Origin: Centroscyllium fabricii
Lineage: Eukaryota
Reading direction: 5' to 3'
Assembly (NCBI GenBank): GCA_051313645.2
Contig: JBNRSN020000029.1
Span: 46,562,001-46,626,000, forward strand
DNA length: 64,000 bases
The notes beneath the pieces are model-generated. The model was not told where the DNA came from. It saw only the letters and a program-made list of their open reading frames with translations, and searched no databases. Shown here one piece after another: positions 38,151-48,185 of the stretch; position 1 is the stretch's first letter, and each line of letters begins with the position of its first letter. The translations under genes were made by a program, and so were the position numbers.

Positions 38151-38454
38151 GTTGACCCGGAGATTAATTGCTGAGTTTATGAAAGTCATCCCATGGATTT
38201 CCCTCAGAAAAAGAGGTAGTTGACCAAATATGAGATTGTATAAATATCTAGTGGGCTCTGATTTCCCAGCTTCACTTTTAATAAAGGCAAAATATCCCCT
38301 CAGAACCGAGATATTCTGTGTGAAATGGTTTGCTGTCTCAAAGTCTGTTAATCTAAATTATACGGGTCTATTGTTGGCTAATTTTTCTTATCTGAAGTTA
38401 CAGATTATAAAGAAGATATTATCAGGATGATCCGCGGATATTCGGGTATCTGAT

Positions 38455-38785
38455 GGTTAAAACCGTTAGCTCGTAATTATAGATTTGAAAATTCAAATCT
38501 CGCCGCGTAACTCAACGGTCATTGTGACGTTTCAACGAATCGCTCTCATTTACATAACTTGCCTCAGAGCCGACTCAACGGCAACCAATCAGAATGTGGC
38601 GTTTCGACCAATGAATGCGACCCAGCGGCGACCAATCAGAAAATGGTGTTTGGCAGGATGAGCTGGGCTCAGCGACAACCAATCAGAATGTGGCATTTGG
38701 ACCAATAGAGGAGCCTCAGCGACAACCAATGAACAGGACGCGACACCAGGGAGCGGGAGATAAGGGGAGAAAGGGGCGGGGCCAG
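38455..38785 (+). promoter_or_regulatory. Orphan promoter-like module: MYB-like sites, palindromic TTTGAA, six CCAAT boxes, GC box
   Basis: AGATTTGAAAATTCAAATCT at 38481-38500, repeated ACCAAT 38584-38730, GGGGCGGGG ~38773. Confidence 0.55.
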
Positions 38786-41700
38786 AGAAGGTCAACAGTG
38801 TTCACAGTTTAACAGAAACACGAAATGTGTCCCTATTCATGAGGAAGCAAACTGGAACAATTTACAAATAGGATAGGGTTCAAACTACCTTACGTACAAG
38901 ATAATCACTCATAAATCCGAAAAGCAATTCAGGAGAAACCTATTTACCCAGATATTTAAAAAATGCAAGGGATTGAGCAATAAAAGATTGAGTAAAATGT
39001 TCATCAATGGATTTTTGTGATCACACAAGTCCTCTGACCATATTCGAGTATCTGGAACCGACTCCTTGCTAACCAGCGTCCCAGACCCGTTAATTTCCGT
39101 TTATTTTTAAACCCGGAGAGAGTTTGAATTCTCCGGCCGGATTCCCGCGCGAGGTGCCATTCATTGCCTGCACAATCGGCAATTTAAACATCGCATTATT
39201 TGCAAATCACCCCAGTTAAAGTGCATTTTGTGCTGTTGCACATTTCACCCAGATACCAGGCCAAACTGACTGAGGAAACTCCTAAACTGATAAGCCTTTA
39301 ACACACCCGTATAAGAGAATTGCAGTAACACCTAGTGTTATAATGATAGCCTGATGGTATTTGTTAAACATATATTTATATATTGGAACGTCAACCAAGA
39401 GAAATCAAACATCGGTTTTAACGGGCAAACACTTGGCACTTTCAATCCTTCGCCAAACAAACGCTGTTCTGAAGCACTTAATCCTCCACAAATCTCAGCG
39501 CAGTAGGAGGCCATTCGGACCATCGTGCCTGTGCTTGCTCTTTGGTTGAGCGATCCAGTTAGTCCCACACCCCCCTGCTCTTTTCCCACAGTCCTGCAAA
39601 TCTTTCCCCTTCAAGAATTTATCCAATTCCCTTTTTGAAAGTTGTTATTGAATCTTCCTTTCAGGCAGTGCTTTCCAGATCATTTCAACTCGCTGCGAAA
39701 ATATTTTTTTCCTCACGTCGCCTCTGGTTCTGTCGCCAATTACCTTAAAATATTTGAATATTTAAGTTAGGTGGAACACCCACACGCACACTGGCACTTC
39801 CTCGTAACTCCATTTTCAGCAGCTTGAGTAATTTTATAAATAAATACGAGTTAATTTAATGTGTCCACATCTGCTTTGTTTTATGTGATTGAATGATGCA
39901 CTGTAGCTGGACTTGTGTTGCTGATAAACCCTCACACGTTATTGCCCAAATCACATTCTTGCTGTGTTATATGTATCCAGGTTTGCACACACTAGAGCCA
40001 AGCATCTTCTAATGATTCATACATTGTGCTTATGCACACGTTTTCAGTTTTCCTATACTTCTTTCTGTGTAACCTCATGATCCAAACTTATTCCACAGTT
40101 TTGAATTCGCGAGGAAGAATCACATAGAATTTATAACACAGATACAGGCCATTCGGCACAACTGGTCCATGTCGGTGTTTATGCTCCACACGAGTCTCCC
40201 CCACACCTTACTTCATGTCACCCTATCAACACATCCTTCTGTCCCTTTCGCCCTCATGTACTTATCTAGTTTCCCATTAGAGGCATTTCTGTTAGTCACC
40301 CCGACCACTCCATGTGGCAGCGAATTCCACATTCTCACCCCACTCTGGGTGAAGAAGTTTCCCTGAATTCCTTACTGGATGTATTCGTGACTGTTATATT
40401 CATATCCCTTAGTTTTGGCCTCATTAGACATCTTAATGATTTGGAATAAAAAGAATAATGACAACACTGAGAATGCAAAGTAGTTGTCGGCCACATAGAA
40501 AGCTGAACTGTCCCATAAAGGAAATAGCAGAGGGTAATAAACATAGAAACATAGAAACATTGAAACATAGAAAATAGGTGCAGGAGTAGACCATTCGGTC
40601 CTTCGAGCCCGCACCGCCATTTCATGCGTTCATGGCTGAACATAAGAACATAAGAACATAAGAACACAAGAAATAGGAGCAGGAGTAGGCCAATCGGCCC
40701 CCTGAGACCGCTCCGCCACCCAATAAGATCATGGCTGATCCTACCCTAACCTTCATACCACTATCACCCTTCATCCCACCCAAAGAACCATGTGATCATG
40801 TAATAACCATAGTTCGTTTAATAAAGTAGGGAAAGGCAGGAGATTTGAGGTGAAAGATGAAATGCCTAACAGATGGCAAGATATGTGTTTTGTATCTTTT
40901 TTGAAGACTGTGAGAAATGTAGTATAAGATATTCATCAGATGTATTCAAGTCTCGGATGGACTTAGGTTTTATTGAGTTAAGAGATCGTCCAGGGAAAGA
41001 ACTGTTTGGCTCAAATAAAGAAGTAACTTTTCTTATTTTTGTTAGGTAAGGGTATTAAGGGATACAGAAACAAGGTGGGTAGATGGAGTTAAGATACTGA
41101 TCAGCCATGATCTCATTGAATGACGGAACAGGCTCGAGGGGCTGAATTGGCCCCTCCTGTTCCTATGTTATTGGAGCCAACTTTAGCTGAAGGATATGGG
41201 ATTTCTATACTAGATCAGGGGGCACAATGAGGTCAAGAATAACAAATGAATCAGTAAAGAGCAGAGTCCCACTGCTGAGCAATATATGTCACAAAATTAC
41301 CAGTAAAATACAAAGAAAGGCTTGCATTTATATAGCGTCTTTAATGACCACTGGATATCCCAAAGCATTTTACAGCCAATGAAATGCATTTTGATGTGTA
41401 GTCACTGTTGTAATGTGGGAATAGCAGCAGTCAATTTGTGCACAGCAAGCTCCCACAAAGCAATGTGATAATGACCAAATAATCTGTTTTAGTGATGTTG
41501 ACTGAGGGATAAGTTTTGGCCAGGATACCAGGGGTAACTCCGATGCTTTTCTATTGAAACAGGCACCATGGGATCTTTTACATCCACTTGAGAGAACAGA
41601 CGGGGGCCTTGATCTAACATCTCATCTGAAAGACAGCACCTCCGACAGTGCAGCACTCCCCCAGTCCCGCACTGGAGTATCAGCCTAGATTTATGTGCTC

Positions 41701-42369
41701 AAGTTTTTGGAGTGAGATTTGAAGCCACAACCATTTTGACTCAGAGGCGAGAGTGCTACCCACTGAGCCACAGCTGATACCTTCAATGGTTATTTCAAAA
41801 ATTATGGAATAGCCTGGTACTTTCAGGTTGCTGGATAATTTGACAGTTAACAGATTTTTTCTTCAGAACGTAGATGTAAGAGCAATAGGATGATTGTTGT
41901 AATGGTTGAGAGAATCACCCATCTTAGGAATAGAATGAATACATGAAGGAGAGATGGACACATTGCTGTCTGATATTCTGATTTCACTTTCTGCTTTAAA
42001 AATGATGAGGATGTATTCCATTAAAATATTATGTTCAATTGAAAAAAATGGAAGAAAGAACTTGCATTTATATAGCGCATTTCAGAACTACAGGCCATTT
42101 CAAAGTGTGTTACAACCAATGAAGTGTATTCGCTGTTGTAATGTAGGAAACACAATTGACAATTTGTGTACAGCAAGCTCCCACAAACAGCAATCTGATA
42201 CGAGCCAAGTAATCTGTTTTAATGATGTTGGGTGAGCGATAAATATTAGCCAGGACATTGGGGACAAATCCTCTGTTCTTCTGCGAATAGTGCCATGGGA
42301 TTGTGGCTTCAATATATTATCTCATTCAAAAGACGGCCCCTTGGACAATGTTGCACTCACTTAGTACTT

Positions 42370-43800
42370 AGGACCATTATTCAAGAAGGGTGGTAGGGAT
42401 AAACCAGGGAATTACAGGCCAGTGAACCTAACATCGGTTGTAGGGAAATTATTGGAAAAAATTCTGAGGGACAGAATTAGTATTCACTTGGAGAGGCAAG
42501 GATTAATCAAGGATAGTCAGCATGGCTTTGTCAAGGGAAGATCATGTCTGACCAACTTGATTGAATTTTTCGAGGGGGTGACTAGGCGTGTGGATGAGGG
42601 TACTGCAGTGGCTGTGGTATACATGGATTTTAGTAAGGCTTTTGATAAAGTCCTGCATAGGAGACTGGTCAAGAAGGCAAGAGCCCATGGGATCCAGGGC
42701 ACCTTGGCACAGTGGATCCAAAACTGGCTTAGTGGCAGAAGGCAGAGGGTAATGGTCGAAGGTTGTTTTTGTGACTGGAAGCCTGTGTCCAGCGGAATAC
42801 TGCAGGGATCGGTGCTGGGTCCCTTGCTGTTTGTAGTCTACATTAATGATTTGAATATGAATGTAAAAGGTATGATCAGTAAGTCCACTGATGACCGAAA
42901 ATGGGTGGGGTGGTAGATAGCGAGGAGGGAAGCCTCAGTCTGCAGGACGATATAGACTGGTTGGTCAGATGGATGGAGCAGTGGCAAATGCAATTTAACC
43001 CTGAAAAGTGTGAGGTGATGCATTTTGGAAGGACTAACAAGGCAATGGAATACACAATGAATGTTAAGACCCTGGGAAAGACAGAGGATCAGTGGGACCT
43101 TGGTGTGCATGTACACAGATCCTTGAAGGCAGCAGGACAGGTAGATAAGGTGATTAAAAAGGCATATGGGATACTTGCCTTCATTAGCCGAGGCATAGAA
43201 TATAAGAGCAGGGAGGTTATGATGGAACTGTACAAAATGCTGGTAACGCCACAGCTGGAGTACTGTGTGCAGTTCTGGTCGCCACACTATAGGAAGGATG
43301 TGATTGCATTGGAGATGGTGCAGAGGAGATTCACCAGGATGTTACCTGGGCTGGAGCGCTTCAGCTATGAAGAAAGACTGGACAGGCTGGGGTTGTTTTC
43401 CTTGGAGCAGAGAAGGCTAAGGGGGGACCTGATTGAGATGTACAAAATTATGAGGGGCATAGATAGGGTAGACAGAAAGGAATTTTTTCCCTTGGTAAAG
43501 GGGTCAATAACCAGGGGACATAGTTTCAAGGTAAGGGGCGGGAGGTTTAGAGGGGATTTGAGGAAGAACTTTTTCACCCAGAGGGTGGTTGTAATCTGGA
43601 ATTCACTGCCTGAAAGGGTGGTAGAGGCAGGAACCCTCACAACATTCAAGAAGCATTTAGATGAGCACCTGAAATGTCATAGCATACAAGGCTACGGACC
43701 AAATGCAGGAAAATGGGATTAGAATAGACAGGGCTTGATGGCCGGCACGGACGCAATGGGCCGAAGGGCCTCTTTCTGTGCTGTATAACTCTGACTCTAT
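42370..43800 (+). mobile_element. 5'-truncated CR1 LINE (frameshifted RT)
   Basis: ORFs 42422..42916 and 42901..43722 with CR1 RT motifs. Confidence 0.93.
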
Positions 43801-44715
43801 AAGTACTTCACTGGAGTGTCAGCCTAGCTTTAGAACTGAGATCTGTGCATGTCTGGACCCAAGCAGGGGCAGAACTCTATCCCCACAATTAGAAATGTAA
43901 AAACATTGGGAAGGACAAAATCTCTGCTCTCCAAACATCTAGATTGAGCCAGATATGTTTAGAAAAGTATGCAAAGCATCCAATAGAGCCCTCAGTACAT
44001 TGCAAACCAGCTTTGATGCTACGCTGAATTTGCAGTGCATGCAAAGTTAATTCAAAGCAAGTTAAGACCCCCCTCCAGGCAGTCAGAGTCTGCTATCCTC
44101 TGGAGTCAGGCACAGTCATAATTAAATTTTTATACATCTTTTGAATGAAGCATTGAGCCAAGGTCCAGATTCGGTAAACGTGAAAGATCCCATGGCACTA
44201 TTTTGAAGAAGAGCAGGTGAGTTATTTCAGTGTCATGGCCAATATTTATCCCCCAATCATCATCATCGAAGACAAATTAACTGTTCATTTATTTCATTGC
44301 TGTCTGTGGGACCTTGCTCTGGGCAGACTGGTTGCTAAAATAGCAACAGTTCAAAATACTTCATCGGCTGTGAAGCCTCTGGGACATCCCAGGGTCATGA
44401 ATGCAAAGCCTTTCTTTACACCAGACAGTTTAGCAAAGCGATTTCAGATAAATTTGTGGTGTAATTTGAGTGGTTTAGTATCATGGGGAGATTTTTGCAG
44501 TGAGTTTGGTTCCAGTGTTAGTGCGACTCAATCGAAATTAAATTATTTTTTAATAGATAAAGTAAATGTACTTGGTTCCCAAGAATGATTCCTTTTTCTC
44601 CACTGTAATTGAAGGTTACTTGAAATAACTTCTGATAGTTGAACAGAAAGTATTTTTTTGTTTGAATTAATTCATAAATTAATTGCACAAAGAACAGATA
44701 AGCACAAAGGAGCAT

Positions 44716-44895
44716 GTTTTCCTTTCTCGTACCCAGTTTTGCCTCACATTTTAATTTACATTCGGATAGGTTGGTTTGAAATTGATGAGTGGCTGAAAGG
44801 ATGTCACGTGATGAACGCCGGCGCCGCCCCCGCCTTCCTTCTTCACCCAGGTCCGATCACACTGTATATAAAAGGGCAGCGGGCGGGTGTTTGTG
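44716..44895 (+). promoter_or_regulatory. Paralogue of the H4 promoter without an H4 ORF
   Basis: Colinear with 60690-60872 (TTTTAATTTACATTCGGATAG, GTCACGTGATGAACGCCGGCG, CTTCTTCACCCAGGTCCG, TATATAAA). Confidence 0.85.
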
Positions 44896-45270
44896 GTTAT
44901 TGGTTAAAATACTTCAGACTCTCTCCAGTGAAGGTGGAGTCTTGCCAGCTGCTTCAAACAGCTCGGCCACAACAGGGAAAGTAAACACGCTACCTTTAAG
45001 AGCTTCTGCACACACAGTGTGACGGGCGTGTTCAGAATATTCGAGGTGACGCTGCCCAATCATTAGCCTGGGAGTTCACACAAATGTAACCACCTTTTTT
45101 TGTCCAATGACCGTAACATCACAACATGGCTTTGTTGAAGTCTTTATTGGACTCTGCTCGGGGCGTGCACTCCTCCTTAACCGATTTTCACTATTTGCTA
45201 CACTCCTGGGGGGAAGTGATTTGTGTTGGACAGCATCGCATCAACCACCTGTTATATACACACACACATA

Positions 45271-45803
45271 TGGCCCAGAAATTCCGATCCCAACGCGTGA
45301 GTACGTGCTGGATAAGCACCCGTAGGCCCATCCGAAGTGCCGATTTCGTGCATGCGCAACGCGTGCGCACGAATCCGGCACTTCCGATCCCCTGACAGCA
45401 GGGGTTGGAACGCGTGCGCAATTCACTTACGATGTTTTTTTACCGGTCTGTGTGTGGGTAAGTATGGAAAAAGATGCGGCTCCTACTTTCATGTGCAAAG
45501 ACTGGTTTTCAGAAGGGAAGTGGTGAATTAATTCAATTTAAAACATTTTTTTCCTGACCGCTCTTCCTGTCAATCTTCTGAATGGAGCATTTTGTGCTCC
45601 GATTGGCTCTCCGTGGCCCACGTGATCCCGCGCGATCCTTCACACTATCTTCGACGCTGGGATCCGGGAGCGCGGCGCGCAGGCAGTTCAGGAAGGCCCC
45701 GCATCGGAATTCCACGCGGGGCCACAGCTCAAAGGTCGGCGCGCAAGGTAAGTGCAGGTTGGAGGCTTACATTCGCGTGAAGCCTCCAACCCGAATTTCT
45801 GGC
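45271..45803. mobile_element. MITE-like non-autonomous element with internal palindrome
   Basis: CCAGAAATTC ... GAATTTCTGG inverted ends and an internal hairpin GAAGTGCCG..CGGCACTTC at 45334-45384. Confidence 0.5.
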
Positions 45804-46241
45804 TCAAATCACTTCAATGGATCTGAATATTGGGCGGGACCTACAACAGGCAACCCATGTGAGAACACGCAAGGTGAATTTCTACCGCATGCAGTAGGCG
45901 GGGACAGGGTACTAGCTTGATAAAGATCAGCCATGATCTCTGTGGTAACCATATTGTACTGTATCCCACTGCTGTGTTGCCGGGATTGATTGTGGGCTGT
46001 GCTGATGTTAGGCACAGCCCTGTTTTACTGTGATCTTGTTGGGAGCCAGATCAGCCACACCCCCGACTCCTCCCCTTGTGGGGCTCTATATAGGTGTGGT
46101 CTGACCGGGGCTCCACCCAGTTCTGTTATGATTGTTGCTTGGAGTGTAGCTCCATTATTTAGTAATTAAAAGCCTTATTGTTCGGTACAAACTCGTAGCC
46201 TCTTTAATTGGGTTCACTACAATTTTAATTACTAATTTAAA

Positions 46242-47126
46242 ATGGATAGCAGCACGGTGAAGCCTGAGAAGCTGGACATTAGTCCCCAGGATGCCGCTGC
46301 ACCGGCTACCTTCATACACTGGTTCGGCCTACTACAGGCCTATACAGCAGCCGCCAAGGCTACTACGGACGGGGACAAGCTACAGGTCCTGAGATCAAGG
46401 ATCTCCAGCAGGGTTTTCACCCTCGTCATGAACGCTTCAACCTATGTGGACACCGTAGCGATCCTCAAGAAATGCTATGAGCGCCCGGTCCATTCCGTCT
46501 TCGCCCGACATGTGCTAGCGACCCGATCCCAGCTACCGGGTGAGTCAAACGAGGAGTTTGAGCAAGCGCTCCTGGCCCTGGTGCGGGCCTGTGGCTGCAA
46601 AGGCACAACTATTGAGCAGGAGGAAGAACTCCTCGTTCGGGACGCTTATGTTACGGGACTGAGATGCGTAGAGACCCGTCAGAGGCTGCTGGAAAGAGAT
46701 AATTTGACCCTCGAGGAGGCGACCACGTTAGCCAGATCAGTAGAGGGGGCCCATAATAAACTACAGGCGTATGGCGGCACAAACCCACAAGCCTACAGTG
46801 TATGGGCCGCGCCACAACAGGCCCAAGCCTGGGCGCCACGGGCCGAGAGCCCCACGATGGCCACGACAGCCACTAAAGACACTAGAGCCAAGCACTGCTA
46901 CTTCTGCGGCCAAGGACTGCACCCGAGAGCGAAATGCCCAGCCAGGACAGCGACCTGTATCAAATGCTTAAAGAAGGGGCACTTCGCTAAAGCCTGTAAG
47001 TCAGGTCCAACAACAACATCTCCACCAGCGCCTAACCGAAGGTATAATAGTGCAGCCTGTGAGAGCACCGAACAGGTAAGATGCATTGGCAGCGCGATCC
47101 AGCGACGGTACGGGGGTAGACAATGA
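46242..47126 (+). CDS. Gypsy Gag with tandem zinc knuckles
   Basis: CYFCGQGLHPRAKC and CIKCLKKGHFAKAC. Confidence 0.9.
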   Translation: MDSSTVKPEKLDISPQDAAAPATFIHWFGLLQAYTAAAKATTDGDKLQVLRSRISSRVFTLVMNASTYVDTVAILKKCYERPVHSVFARHVLATRSQLPGESNEEFEQALLALVRACGCKGTTIEQEEELLVRDAYVTGLRCVETRQRLLERDNLTLEEATTLARSVEGAHNKLQAYGGTNPQAYSVWAAPQQAQAWAPRAESPTMATTATKDTRAKHCYFCGQGLHPRAKCPARTATCIKCLKKGHFAKACKSGPTTTSPPAPNRRYNSAACESTEQVRCIGSAIQRRYGGRQ

Positions 47127-48068
47127 GTGCCGCCACCCCCCACCCCTTCTTACCTGATGCAGAGAAGGCCGGCCAAGCGTGACCCCTCAACGCGGCCGGC
47201 TGCGTGCGAACCACGGGCACCGCCAACCCGATCACCACGGTCCGCTGCGTGCGAACCACGGGCGCCGCCAGCGCGTTCACAGGGCCAGAGCCCCTCCACA
47301 TGCGGTGCAGAGACAAAGCCATCCGAGGTACGGGGTTTCCCCTCACAGTGCGGGGCAGGGACTGATGTACAGGGTTCCATGAACTGCGGGGCAGGGACTG
47401 ATGTACAGGGTTCCATGAACTGCAGGGCAGGGACTGATGTACGGGGTTCCATGAACTGCGGGGCAGGGACTGATGTACAGGGTTCCATGAACTGCGGGGC
47501 AGGGACTGATGTACGGGGTTCCATGAACTGCGGGGCAGGGGCTGATGTACGGGGTTCCATGAACTGCGGGGCAGGGACGGCGACATTTTGTTTTCGGGAA
47601 AAATCATCTTGTGCACAGCCCCGGCCAGCAGGGGCTGCTGCAGCCAAAATTACAGTTAATCAGGACAGGCCTCATACCCTGTCCAACTCGATTATTCCGG
47701 TAAAAATAAATAACATTAATATTGATTGTCTTTTTGACACAGGCAGCACTGAGAGTTTCGTTCACCCTGATACCGTGCGGCGCTGTGGACTGCAGATCCT
47801 GCCCACTAACTACCAAATCTCCCTAGCTTCACAGTCCCACACCGCGGACGTTACCGGCTACTGCTCCGTCACGCTCACCGTCAAGGGACGCGTGTACCAT
47901 AATTTTAAATTGTATACCCTCCGACAGTTGTGTGCCCCAGCCTTACTAGGCTTGGATTTCCAGTGCCACTTCCAGAGTGTGACAGTGGAGTTCGGCGGGA
48001 CTTTACCCTCCCTCACCGTCAGTAGCCGGGACAATTCCACCCCAAAGCCTGCGGCCTCTCCACCCTGA
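47127..48068 (+). CDS. Gypsy linker plus aspartic protease, in frame with gag after TGA
   Basis: CLFDTGSTESFV ... ALLGLDF. Confidence 0.85.
   Translation: MPPPPTPSYLMQRRPAKRDPSTRPAACEPRAPPTRSPRSAACEPRAPPARSQGQSPSTCGAETKPSEVRGFPSQCGAGTDVQGSMNCGAGTDVQGSMNCRAGTDVRGSMNCGAGTDVQGSMNCGAGTDVRGSMNCGAGADVRGSMNCGAGTATFCFREKSSCAQPRPAGAAAAKITVNQDRPHTLSNSIIPVKINNINIDCLFDTGSTESFVHPDTVRRCGLQILPTNYQISLASQSHTADVTGYCSVTLTVKGRVYHNFKLYTLRQLCAPALLGLDFQCHFQSVTVEFGGTLPSLTVSSRDNSTPKPAASPP
47349..47578 (+). repeat. 36-bp coding minisatellite, ~6.4 copies (CGAGTDV[Q/R]GSMN)
   Basis: TGCGGGGCAGGGACTGATGTAC(A/G)GGGTTCCATGAAC repeated. Confidence 0.95.
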
Positions 48069-48185
48069 GAATCGACCCCCCCCTCGCTGTTCGCCAACCT
48101 CGATCCGAAGTGCAAGCCCATTGCCACTAAGAGTCGGCGGTACAGTGAGGGGGATCGCACGTTTATCAGGTCGGAGGTCGGGCGG

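Noticed and set aside
41690-41780. tRNA-like sequences (also ~52636 and ~10380-10450)
   Set aside because: SINE heads continuous with SINE bodies; no complete cloverleaf.
45600-45755. CpG-rich segment with AAG|GTAAGT as possible VARS1 exon 1
   Set aside because: Lies inside a MITE-like element and has no VARS1 coding similarity.
47349-47578. 36-bp repeats as a CRISPR-like array
   Set aside because: No spacers; an in-frame coding minisatellite in a eukaryotic retrotransposon.
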